64,000 nt of DNA. It comes from an uncultured Verrucomicrobiae bacterium (GTDB taxonomy: Bacteria; Verrucomicrobiota; Verrucomicrobiia; Limisphaerales; UBA11358). Shown here in pieces: positions 44,499 through 52,870 of the stretch; positions within the stretch are counted from its first letter, which is position 1; every line of letters begins with the position of its first letter. The notes under the pieces were generated by a model. It was not told where the DNA came from, searched no databases, and saw only the letters and a program-made list of their open reading frames with translations. The DNA lies in NCBI GenBank assembly GCA_963711945.1, contig CAVQGB010000005.1:175664-239663 (forward strand), in the 5' to 3' direction. Position numbers and translations under genes: made by a program.

Positions 44499-45243
44499 AT
44501 GAACAAATTTTGAACTGATTTCCTTCGCCAGCGCCGACGAACTGGCCCGCGCCGCCGCCGGCGCGTGGCTGGACGAAATCGAATCGGCCAATCGCGCGGG
44601 CAAAACGCATTGCGTCGCGCTTTCCGGCGGGCGCATCACGCAAAAATTCTTCGCCGCGACCGTCGAGCAGGCCAAATCGCGAAAACTGGGACGCGCACGC
44701 CTTCGCTCCGGCAAACGTCCATTTTTTCTGGGCGGACGAGCGCTGCGTGCCGCCGACCGACCCGGAAAGCAATTTCAAACTGGCGAACGAACTTTTGTTC
44801 GCGCCGCTGAAAATCCCGGCCAACCAGATTCACCGCATTCGCGGCGAAGATTCGCCTCAAGTCGCCGCGAAAATTGCCGAAGCAGAATTGCGCCGCGTTG
44901 TGCCACTCGAACAGACAATCCAGCCGGTTCTGGATTTGATTTTTCTCGGCATGGGCGAGGACGGCCATGTCGCTTCACTGTTTCCAGAATCGCCGCCGAA
45001 ATTTTGGACAGCGCTGTCCCGTTTCTGGCCGTCGAAAATTCGCCCAAGCCGCCGCCGAACCGGATTTCGTTGAGTTACGCCGCCATTGCCGCCGCGAAAC
45101 AGGTCTGGGTTCTGGTTTCCGGCGCTGGCAAGGAAACGGCGTTGCGCGAATCGCTGTCAGCCGGACGGCCAGACGCCGCTGGCGCGCGTCATCCGGTCGC
45201 GTTCCAGGACAAAATTTTCACGCGACATCCGACCATTGATTAA
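44499..45243 (+). pseudogene. pgl: 6-phosphogluconolactonase with several frameshifts
   Basis: Reading ATG AAC AAA TTT(T) GAA CTG... gives MNKFELISFASADELARAAAGAWLDEI if the T4 run at 44507-44510 is really T3. Later pieces are ...HFFWADERCVPPTDPESNF... and LIFLGMGEDGHVASLFP (ORF 44747..45073), then ...PPNRISLSYAAIAAAKQVWVLVSGAGK (ORF 45004..45243). Confidence 0.75.
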
Positions 45244-45376
45244 CGTGTAATCGCCAATTGGTTAAGTTGTGTCCAAATGGCTGATTTTGTTGGAAATGCG
45301 GCATTTGGCCAGGTAAAACGCCCATTGGCATCTGAAAAATTTTGTGAAATTTTTTTGAAAATGTTTGAACCTTTTC

Positions 45377-45567
45377 GGCGGCGATGCGTCTGATATAGTC
45401 GAGTGAAGATTTCGCTGTCCGTTTAGGGTTGGCATAGAGGTTTTGCTCGCGGCGCGGCTCGGACAGCGACCCCAAGTTGGTCGCGTCGCCCTTCTGAGCG
45501 CCTGGGTGAAGGCGTATAAACCTCGTCACCAAGAGAGGCCGGACGCAAGTCCGGCCTTTCGCTTTTC
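45377..45567 (+). ncRNA. Candidate structured small RNA or 3'UTR element ending in an intrinsic terminator (unidentified family)
   Basis: Long-range helices were paired by hand: GGCGAUGCG (45380-45388) with CGCGUCGCC (45482-45490), and CGCUGUCCG (45413-45421) with CGGACAGCG (45460-45468). There are further hairpins and a terminal terminator. No credible ORF covers the region. Confidence 0.3.
45537..45567 (+). terminator. Rho-independent terminator
   Basis: GGCCGGAC-GCAA-GTCCGGCC followed by TTTCGCTTTTC. Confidence 0.65.
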
Positions 45568-45621
45568 TGCGAATTCAGCATTGAATTGAAGCCGGCAGAA
45601 AAGGTTTAACATTTCCCACGC

Positions 45622-46631
45622 ATGAAACATCAGCTCGATTTCGAGAAGCCGATCATCGAACTGCAAAACAAGCTGGATGAACTGCGCGAGCACCCGGAAA
45701 AACATTCGCTGGGCATCAGCTTCGAGGAGGAAATCCAGCTCATCGAAAAAAAACTGGAGGAAACCCGGCGGCAGATTTTCTCGAACCTCACCGCCTGGCA
45801 GCGCGTCCAGCTCGCGCGCCATCCCAAACGGCCTTACACGCTGGATTACTTCAAGCAGGCCTTCACGGATTTTCAGGAATTGCACGGCGACCGGCTGTTT
45901 GCCGAGGACCGCGCGATGGTCGGCGGTTTTGCCAAACTGGGCGAACACCGCGTCATGGTCATCGGCACGCAAAAAGGCCGCGACACCAAGGAAAACATTT
46001 TGCGCAATTTCGGCTCCGCGCATCCCGAAGGCTACCGCAAGGCGCTGCGCCTGATGCGGCTCGCGAACAAATTCGGCCTGCCCATCATCACGCTCATTGA
46101 CACGGCGGGCGCGTATCCCGGCGTCGGCGCGGAGGAACGCCACATCGCCGAGGCCATCGCCGTCAATCTGCGCGAAATGACGCTGCTCGAAGTGCCCATC
46201 ATCGCCGCCGTCATCGGCGAAGGCGGTTCCGGCGGCGCGCTCGGCATCGGCGTGGCCGACCGCGTTTTGATTTTGGAGAACGCCTATTATTCCGTCATCA
46301 GCCCGGAAGGCTGCGCGGCGATTTTGTGGAAAGACCGCGCCAACGCCGCCAAGGCCGCCGCCGCGCTGAAAATCACCGCCAAGGATTTGCTCGAACTCAA
46401 ACTCGTGGACGAAATCGTGCCCGAACCGCTCGGCGGCGCGCACACCGATCCCGACGGCGACCGCCGCGAATTTGAAAACGCATCTGCTCAAGCATCTCGA
46501 AGAAATCCTCGCGCTGCCGGTCGCCGAACGGTTGAAACAGCGTTACGAAAAATTCCGCGCGCACGGGCATTTCATCGAAAAAGTCGAGCCGGCCGGAAAC
46601 GACCGCCGTTCCGCACGCCGCCGCCGCCTGA
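45622..46631 (+). pseudogene. accA: Acetyl-CoA carboxylase carboxyltransferase alpha subunit, frameshifted near 46456 (3' end uncertain)
   Basis: [21 protein letters not shown]...[12 protein letters not shown]...[20 protein letters not shown]...GGAHTDPD. The sequence then continues in another frame as [39 protein letters not shown]. Confidence 0.9.
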
Positions 46632-46636
46632 TCCAC

Positions 46637-47667
46637 GTGCTTTATCCGCTCACTTTTCAGCCGATTTTCAAGGAACGCGTCTGGGGCGGACGCGAACTGG
46701 AACGGCTTTACGGCAAAAAAATTGCCGCCCGGCAAGCCCATCGGCGAATCGTGGGAAATTTCCGACCGGCCCGGCGACGCCAGCGTCATCGCCAACGGCC
46801 CGCTCGCCGGAAAAAACCTGCGCTGGCTCATGGAAAATCACGCGGCGGAAATTCTCGGCGGCGCGAAACCGGCGGCGGCAGGACGCTTTCCGCTGCTCTG
46901 CAAAATTCTCGACGCGCGGGAAAAACTTTCGCTGCAAGTCCATCCGCCGGCGGGCAAAGCCGCCGAACTGAAAGGCGAACCGAAAACCGAAATGTGGTTC
47001 ATCGCCGACGCCGCGCCGGGCGCGAGCTTGTATGTCGGCCTCAAACGCGGCGTGACGCGCGCGGAGTTTGAGAAAAAAATTTCCGACGGCAGCGTGGCGG
47101 ATTGTTTTCATCGCATTCCGGTGCGCGCGGGCGACGCGATGTTTCTGCCCAGCGGCCGCGTCCACGCCATCGGCGACGGCCTGGTGATTTTTGAAATCCA
47201 GCAAAATTCGGACACGACCTACCGCGTGTTCGACTGGAACCGCGTCGGCCTCGACGGCAAGCCGCGCGAACTGCACGTCGCGCAATCGCTGGCGAGCATT
47301 GATTTCAACGACTTCGAGCCGAAGCTGGTCGGAAACCAAATTTGTCGCCGACGGAAAAATCCAAAAGCGTCCGCTGGTGAACGATCCGTTGTTCAACGTC
47401 GAAGCGTGGAAATTGAATTCCGGCGCGAGCGGTTTGTTGAAGCCGAAAAAATTGCAAATCGTCGCGGTGACGGCGGGCGAAATTGAAATCAAGAGTGGTT
47501 TGGAGCGGGGACGGCTCGTTCGCGCGATGCAGAGCTTGGAACTCGCGGGCGAGCCGCCCGCGCTCCTTTTGAATGCCGGGCAATTTTGTTTGATTCCGGC
47601 CAGTCTGGAGCGGACGGAAGTTCTGGCGCAATCAGATGCGGCATTGCTGCGCGTCGAGGTGAAATGA
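46637..47667 (+). pseudogene. manA: Type I mannose-6-phosphate isomerase with two frameshifts
   Basis: [30 protein letters not shown] | [16 protein letters not shown]...LSLQVHP...EMWFI...VHAIG... | ...KFVADGKIQKRPLV... The first shift sits in the A7 run at 46715-46721; the second is near 47330. Confidence 0.8.
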
Positions 47668-47757
47668 TTTATCCGTGAATGAACGCGAATTTGCTGAAAG
47701 TCTTTTCGCAACAATCAGCGCAATTCGCGGATTTAAATTCAATTCAGCGACAAATCA

Positions 47758-47785
47758 CCCGCCACTTGGCGGGCGCGGATTTTTT
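47758..47785 (+). terminator. Candidate rho-independent terminator after manA
   Basis: CCCGCC-ACTT-GGCGGG, then CGCGGA and TTTTTT. Confidence 0.5.
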
Positions 47786-47895
47786 GCCGTGTTCAAAAAA
47801 TGGCATTGCCCTGAAAATGCCGGCTACAATTCGCAGACTCGCGCTCCGGCGATGCAGTTGTTGGACTTGTGGCGCGTTCGCCGAATTGATTTACT

Positions 47896-48474
47896 TTGCC
47901 GACCATTATGAAGAGCAATAAAAAGGAGTTGCCACCAGCACAACGGGAAGCGCTGCTCAACGCATTGAAGGCCCGGTTTGAGAAAAACTTGAACCGCCAT
48001 AAAGGTCTGGATTGGGCCGGGGTGCAGACCCGGCTGGAAGCCAACCCTGAAAAGCTGTGGTCACTCAATGAAATGGAACGCACCGGCGGCGAACCGGATG
48101 TGGTGGTGCAGGACAAAAAGACGGGCGAATACGTTTTCTTCGATTGTTCCGAGCAAACGCCGTCAGGCCGCGTCAGCCTTTGCTACGACCGCGATGCGTT
48201 GGATTCCCGAAAGGAACATAAACCCAAGAGCAGCGTCATGGATATGGCCGCGGAAATGCGTGTGGAGGTTTTGACGGAGGAACAGTATCTCGAACTGCAA
48301 AAGCTGGGCGAATTCGACACCAAGCGGTCGAGTTGGGTGAAAACGCCGGCGGACATCCGAAGACTCGGTGGCGCGCTTTACTGTGATCGCCGCTACGGCC
48401 GCGTCTTCGTGGGCCACAACGGCGCGGATTCTTACTATAGCGGCCGGGGGTTCCGCGGTTCGCTAAAAGTGTAA
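47896..48474 (+). CDS. DUF4256-like protein
   Basis: ...LNEMERTGGEPDVVVQDKKTGEYVFFDCSEQTPSGRVSLCYD...KRSSWVKTPADIRRLGGALYCDRRYGRVFVGHNGADSYYSGRGFRGSLKV matches my recollection of the DUF4256 consensus. The ORF is intact. Confidence 0.7.
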   Translation: MPTIMKSNKKELPPAQREALLNALKARFEKNLNRHKGLDWAGVQTRLEANPEKLWSLNEMERTGGEPDVVVQDKKTGEYVFFDCSEQTPSGRVSLCYDRDALDSRKEHKPKSSVMDMAAEMRVEVLTEEQYLELQKLGEFDTKRSSWVKTPADIRRLGGALYCDRRYGRVFVGHNGADSYYSGRGFRGSLKV

Positions 48475-48810
48475 CGTTTCGTCCATGAAAACGTTTCAAG
48501 GATATCGGCTCGTCGCACCGGATGATTTGCACTGGCGGCTGTCCAACCTGATGAAAATTCCGAACGCGGATTATCTGATCCACGCAATCCTCCGCCCTGC
48601 CACCATCTCATCCCGCCGAACGGCCCGCCCAGTCCTCGGAATCGGAAAATTGCCTATTGATCCGCCGGATCGTCCTCTGGTAAGGTCGCGCCATGTTAGG
48701 TGAGCTAGAAAATCCATTTTCCCTCACCCTCGCGGCGCTGAAAACGCAGGGCGGGCAAAACACGCGCATCCAACCGTTCTTCAAACCACAGAAATCGAAA
48801 CATCGTCCCT

Positions 48811-50327
48811 ATGAATAAGCGAAGCCTTCTACTCACTTGCCTGATTCTCTCCGGCCTGATCCCGGGGAATTTAAGGTCGGAGCAAACGGCGGTCATCAAG
48901 ATTGATCTGAACCGGAAAATCGCGAAAGTGGACCCCAACATCTACGGCGGCTTTGTTGAGCCTATCCGCACCGTGGTCTATGGCAGCATTTACGATCCCG
49001 AATCTCCCCTGGCTGACACGAACGGGTTCAGGAAAGATTTTATCCAGCTCGTCAAGGACCTTCACATTCCCGTGGTGAGGTGGCCCGGCGGAAATTATGT
49101 TTCCGGCTACAACTGGGAGGATGGGATTGGCCCGAAAAACCAGCGTCCGGTCCGGCTCGACCTGGCGTGGCATCAGATTGACCACAATCAGATGGGCACG
49201 GATGAATATGCCAAACTTTGCGGCCTGATCGGGGCGGAGAATTTCGTCTGCATCAACGCCGGCTTGGGGACGCTGGATCAGGCGCAGACATTGGATTGAA
49301 TACTGCAATTATCCGAAAGGAACCTATTATTCGGACCTCCGGCGGAAGTATGGCAATGACACAACCCTTCAACGTCAAATACTGGTCGCTGGGCAACGAA
49401 ATTGACGGCCCGTGGCAGACTCGGGCAAAAGAATGCCGAAGACTACTGCAAATTTGCGCTGGAAGCCGCCGAAGATTATGCGGTTGGTGGACGGGAACGT
49501 GAAATTCATCGCCGACGGCGCGTCCAATTACAAGCCCGATAACAAGTGGATGGATTGGAACGATTATGTGTTGCAGCACATGGCGGGCAGCATTGATTAC
49601 CTCTCCGTTCATCGCTACTGCCAAAAGGTGCTGAACGGGCGACACGAAGCTTCCCCGGCATGATGTTCTGGGTCTGGACATTGATCAAAAGATCAACATG
49701 ATCAAAGCCCAGATCGAGAAGGCGATGATGAAATCCGGTTCAAAGAGCCCGGTGTATATCTCCTTCGACGAATGGTCCGGTTTCGGCCGAGGCGCCAATT
49801 TGACAGGATCCCTCATGCTGGCTCAGCACCTGAACTCCTTTATCCGCCATGCCGATATCGTCAAAATGGCGAATATCACGATGCTTTCCAGCCTGGTGGG
49901 AAATTCGCCCGATGGCGATTACAAGAACGCGCTGTATCAGGCCTTTTATCTGTATTCCAAAAACGCGCGGGGCACCGCCCTGGATGTGAATGTCGCCAGC
50001 CAAAAATACAGCAATAAATCATTTAATGACATCCCCTATCTGGATGTTACCGCTGTATTCAACGACTCCTCCAAGTCCCTGGTGGTCAATGTGGTCAACC
50101 GGCAGTGAAACAAATGCCATCGGCTTCCGAGATCGTGTTGCAGAGCGGGGAATTCACCGGTCGCGCCACGGTGAATGAGATCAACGGTGAATCCGTCACC
50201 TCAACGAATACGAAGACCCAGGAAGGCGTCGTCCATCGTCACCAAAGAAGTTCAATTTAGCGGAAACAATATCAAATGCAGCTTTCCGGCACATTCATTT
50301 ACACAGATGCTGATCCCCGTCAAATAG
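48811..50327 (+). pseudogene. GH51 alpha-L-arabinofuranosidase-like glycoside hydrolase, multiple frameshifts
   Basis: Signal peptide, then ...NIYGGFVEPIRTVVYGSIYDP...VVRWPGGNYVSGYNWEDGIGP...; then [13 protein letters not shown] (catalytic GNE), ...ISFDEWS..., and a C-terminal beta-sandwich piece. The pieces are spread over ORFs 48811..49299, 49218..49502, 49412..49663 and 49698..50108, with a tail to 50327. Confidence 0.8.
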
Positions 50328-50386
50328 GCCAACTGACGCAAACCGCGGACGTGATGGATCAACCGTGGTGATTTTTTTCTGGCGCG

Positions 50387-50414
50387 CCAATCGCAAATCG
50401 TAAATCGTAAATCC
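50387..50414. repeat. Heptanucleotide tandem repeat (NAAATCG, 4 units) immediately upstream of the zinc-ribbon gene
   Basis: CCAATCG CAAATCG TAAATCG TAAATCC, ending 5 nt before the ATG at 50419. Confidence 0.75.
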
Positions 50415-50418
50415 CGGT

Positions 50419-50923
50419 ATGCCGATTTACGAATTTGCCTGTCCGAAGTGCCGCCGGATTTTCAGCTTCCTCTCGAAGCGCGTGAATCCCGACCGCACTG
50501 CCCGTCTGTCCCAAATGCGGCAGCAAGAAATTGTCCAAGCAGGTCAGCCGATTTGCAATGAGCAGGGGATTGAAGGAGCCGGCTGCCAAAACCGACGCCG
50601 ACACTGGAGACGAACCGCCCATGCCGGATTTGGACGACCCGCGCGTCGAACGCGCCATGATGGAAATGGAGCGCGACATGGAGCACTGGATGAAAACAAT
50701 CCGAAGCACATGGCGCACATGATGAAGAAAATGAAGGATCTCATGCCGCCGGCGCACGATGCCCAAGGAACTGGACGTGGCCATCAAGCGCCTCGAAGCC
50801 GGCGAAGACCCGGAAAAAATCGAGGCCGACATGGGCGACGTGCTCGGCGATTTCATGGGCGGCCCGGAAGGCGGTGCGGGCGGCGGCGGTTACACGAAGG
50901 ACAGCGGGTTGTATGATTATTGA
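50419..50923 (+). pseudogene. FmdB-family zinc-ribbon protein, frameshifted
   Basis: MPIYEFACPKCRRIFSFLSKRVNPDRT..., then in another frame CPKCGSKKLSKQVSRFAMS... (second CxxC), and an acidic tail ...GDVLGDFMGGPEGGAGGGGYTKDSGLYDY in a third frame. Confidence 0.7.
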
Positions 50924-51001
50924 GCGGCGTAGCGGCGTCTCGGCAGAGCGTCCGCAAATCATAAAAATGCGTGCACTCTGCCGAGACTGCCGCTACGAAT
51001 C

Positions 51002-51489
51002 ATGGCCCACATCCACGAAAAAATTGATTTCACCGTCGCGATCTTTGTCGTTCACGACGAGAAAGATTCTGCTCATCCACCATCGCAAGCTGGACAAATG
51101 GCTGCCGCTGGGCGGCCACATCGAACTGGACGAAGACCCGGAGCAGGCCGCATTGCGCGAGGCGAAGGAGGAAAGCGGCCTCGACGTGGAACTGCTCGGC
51201 GAACGTCCGCCCACGACTTCGCCCGGCACCCGCGCGCTCATCGCGCCGCGCTTTCTCGACATCCATCGCATCAGCGACACGCACGAGCACATCGGCATGA
51301 TTTACTGGGCGCGGCCGCAAAGCGTGGCCGGCGGCGCCCGTCGACCGCACGCATCCAACTCTCGCCGCCGCGGAGCATCACGACATTCGCTGGTGCACCG
51401 CCGCAGAATTGGACAAACTCGTTCCGCCGATGACCGACGCGGTAAAATGGTATTGCCGCAGGGCCATCGAGGAAATTTCCGCCCGGTGA
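51002..51489 (+). pseudogene. Nudix hydrolase, frameshifted
   Basis: MAHIHEKIDFTVAIFVVHDEK | ILLIHHRKLDKWLPLGGHIELDEDPEQAALREAKEESGL (Nudix box GX5EX7REUXEEXGU) | ...IRWCTAAELDKL... Confidence 0.75.
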
Positions 51490-52726
51490 CCTGCGCCTCA
51501 AAAATTCCGCGCCGCCTGCTACACCATCGAGGGCATCAATTCCTTCGCGGTGGTGATTTATTTCAATTACCTCTATTTTTTCTTTCGCGACCGGTTTGGC
51601 TTCAGCGACAGCCAAAACCTCGCTGCTCGCCGCGCTGATCGGCTTGATTTACACGTTGGCCTCGTGGCAGGCCGGCAAATTCGCGCGGCGTTTCGGCTAT
51701 TTCACCGCGCTGAAAATCGGCTTCGGCCTGATGGCCGCCGGGCTGGCCGCCGGCTCGCAGCTGCACTCCGCGTCGGCGCCAGAATCGTCACCGCCTGCGT
51801 CGACCAACATCGGCATGTGCTTCATCTGGCCGACGCTCGAGGCGCTGGTCAGCGAAGGCGACACGCCCGAGCGCGTCCCGCATGCCGTCGGCATTTACAA
51901 CATCACCTGGGCGGCGACCAACGCCGCGGCGTTTTTCATCGGCGGCACGCTCATCGAAAAATTCGGCTTCAAAGCATTTTTTATCTGCCGCTCGCGTTCG
52001 TCGTCGGGCAATTCGGCCTGGTGTTCTGGCTGGAAAAAATCCATGCACGACCTGCCGCCGGCGCCAGCGGAGACATAAACCGCCGCCGCCCGATCCGAAC
52101 CGGCCGTCGCCCGCCCGGGCGAAAACATTTTTGCGCATGGCATGGCTGGCGAATCCGTTCGCCTACATCGCCATCAACACGTTCATCGCCGTGATGCCGG
52201 GCATCGCCGCACAAATTTCAGCTTTCGCCGATGTTCGCCGGATTTGTCTGCTCGCTCTGGTGTTTCGTGCGGCTGGGCGCGTTCGTCGTCCTCGTGGCGC
52301 TGGACCGGCTGGCATTACCGTTTCCGCTGGCTGGCGACGTCGTTCGCGCTGCTCATCATTGTCGTTCGCGGCCATTCTCATCTGTCGCCGAACCTGGCCG
52401 TGCTGATCGTGGCGCAAATCTTTTTCGGCGGCGCCATCGGCCTGATTTATTACTCGTCGCTGTTTTACTCGATGGACGCGAGCGAGACCAAGAGCGAGCA
52501 CGGCGGCATCCACGAGGCGGCCATCGGCGTGGGCAACTGCGTCGGCCCGGCGGTCGGCGCGGCGTCGCTGCAATTCTTGCCGCAATACACGAACAGCGGC
52601 GCGATTGCCGTGAGCGTGCTGTTGCTGTGCGGATTCGGCGGGTTGCTGGCGATCTGGAAGACCGGCGAAGTGATTTTGACACAAAGGCGCAGAGGACACC
52701 GAGATACTGGCGCTGCGCCACTATAG
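51447..52726 (+). pseudogene. MFS-type transporter, multiple frameshifts (5' end approximate)
   Basis: Hydrophobic pieces lie in three frames: ...CYTIEGINSFAVVIYFNYLYFFFRDRFGFS, ...LAALIGLIYTLASWQAGKFARRFGYFTALKIGFGLMAAGL..., and ...VAQIFFGGAIGLIYYSSLFYSMD... Confidence 0.55.
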
Positions 52727-52757
52727 TTTTCTCTGTGCCCTCTGTGGCTCTGTGGCT
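52689..52757. repeat. Nested hairpin repeat overlapping the MFS stop codon
   Basis: GCAGAGGACACCGAGA ... TGGCGC-T-GCGCCA ... TCTCTGTGCCCTCTGT (13/15 complementary), followed by CTCTGTGG repeats. Confidence 0.6.
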
Positions 52758-52870
52758 AAACTGATTTTATGTCCGCTGAACAACAATTGACAATGCTGGA
52801 ATTGACTTAATTGCGCTGCGTATTAGCGAATGCCGAACCCGAACGCAAAACTCTCGACGACCGCGCCAAG

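Noticed and set aside
43253-44506. 417-aa minus-strand ORF; likewise 58537..59961 (-) and 62220..63404 (-)
   Set aside because: They are antisense to zwf, the radical-SAM gene and tkt respectively. They are shadow ORFs without motifs.
45218-45532. 104-aa minus-strand ORF in the pgl-accA gap
   Set aside because: It has no recognisable motif, odd composition, no ribosome-binding context and runs against the flanking genes. The region is better explained by a plus-strand structured RNA with a terminator.
48485-48703. 72-aa ORF starting MKTFQGYRLVAPDDLHWRLSNLMKIPNADYL, possibly the N-terminus of a cupin-type protein
   Set aside because: Only the first ~30 residues look protein-like. The rest is Arg/Pro-rich, and no continuation could be traced in other frames. 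It is probably a gene fragment, which is too uncertain to annotate.
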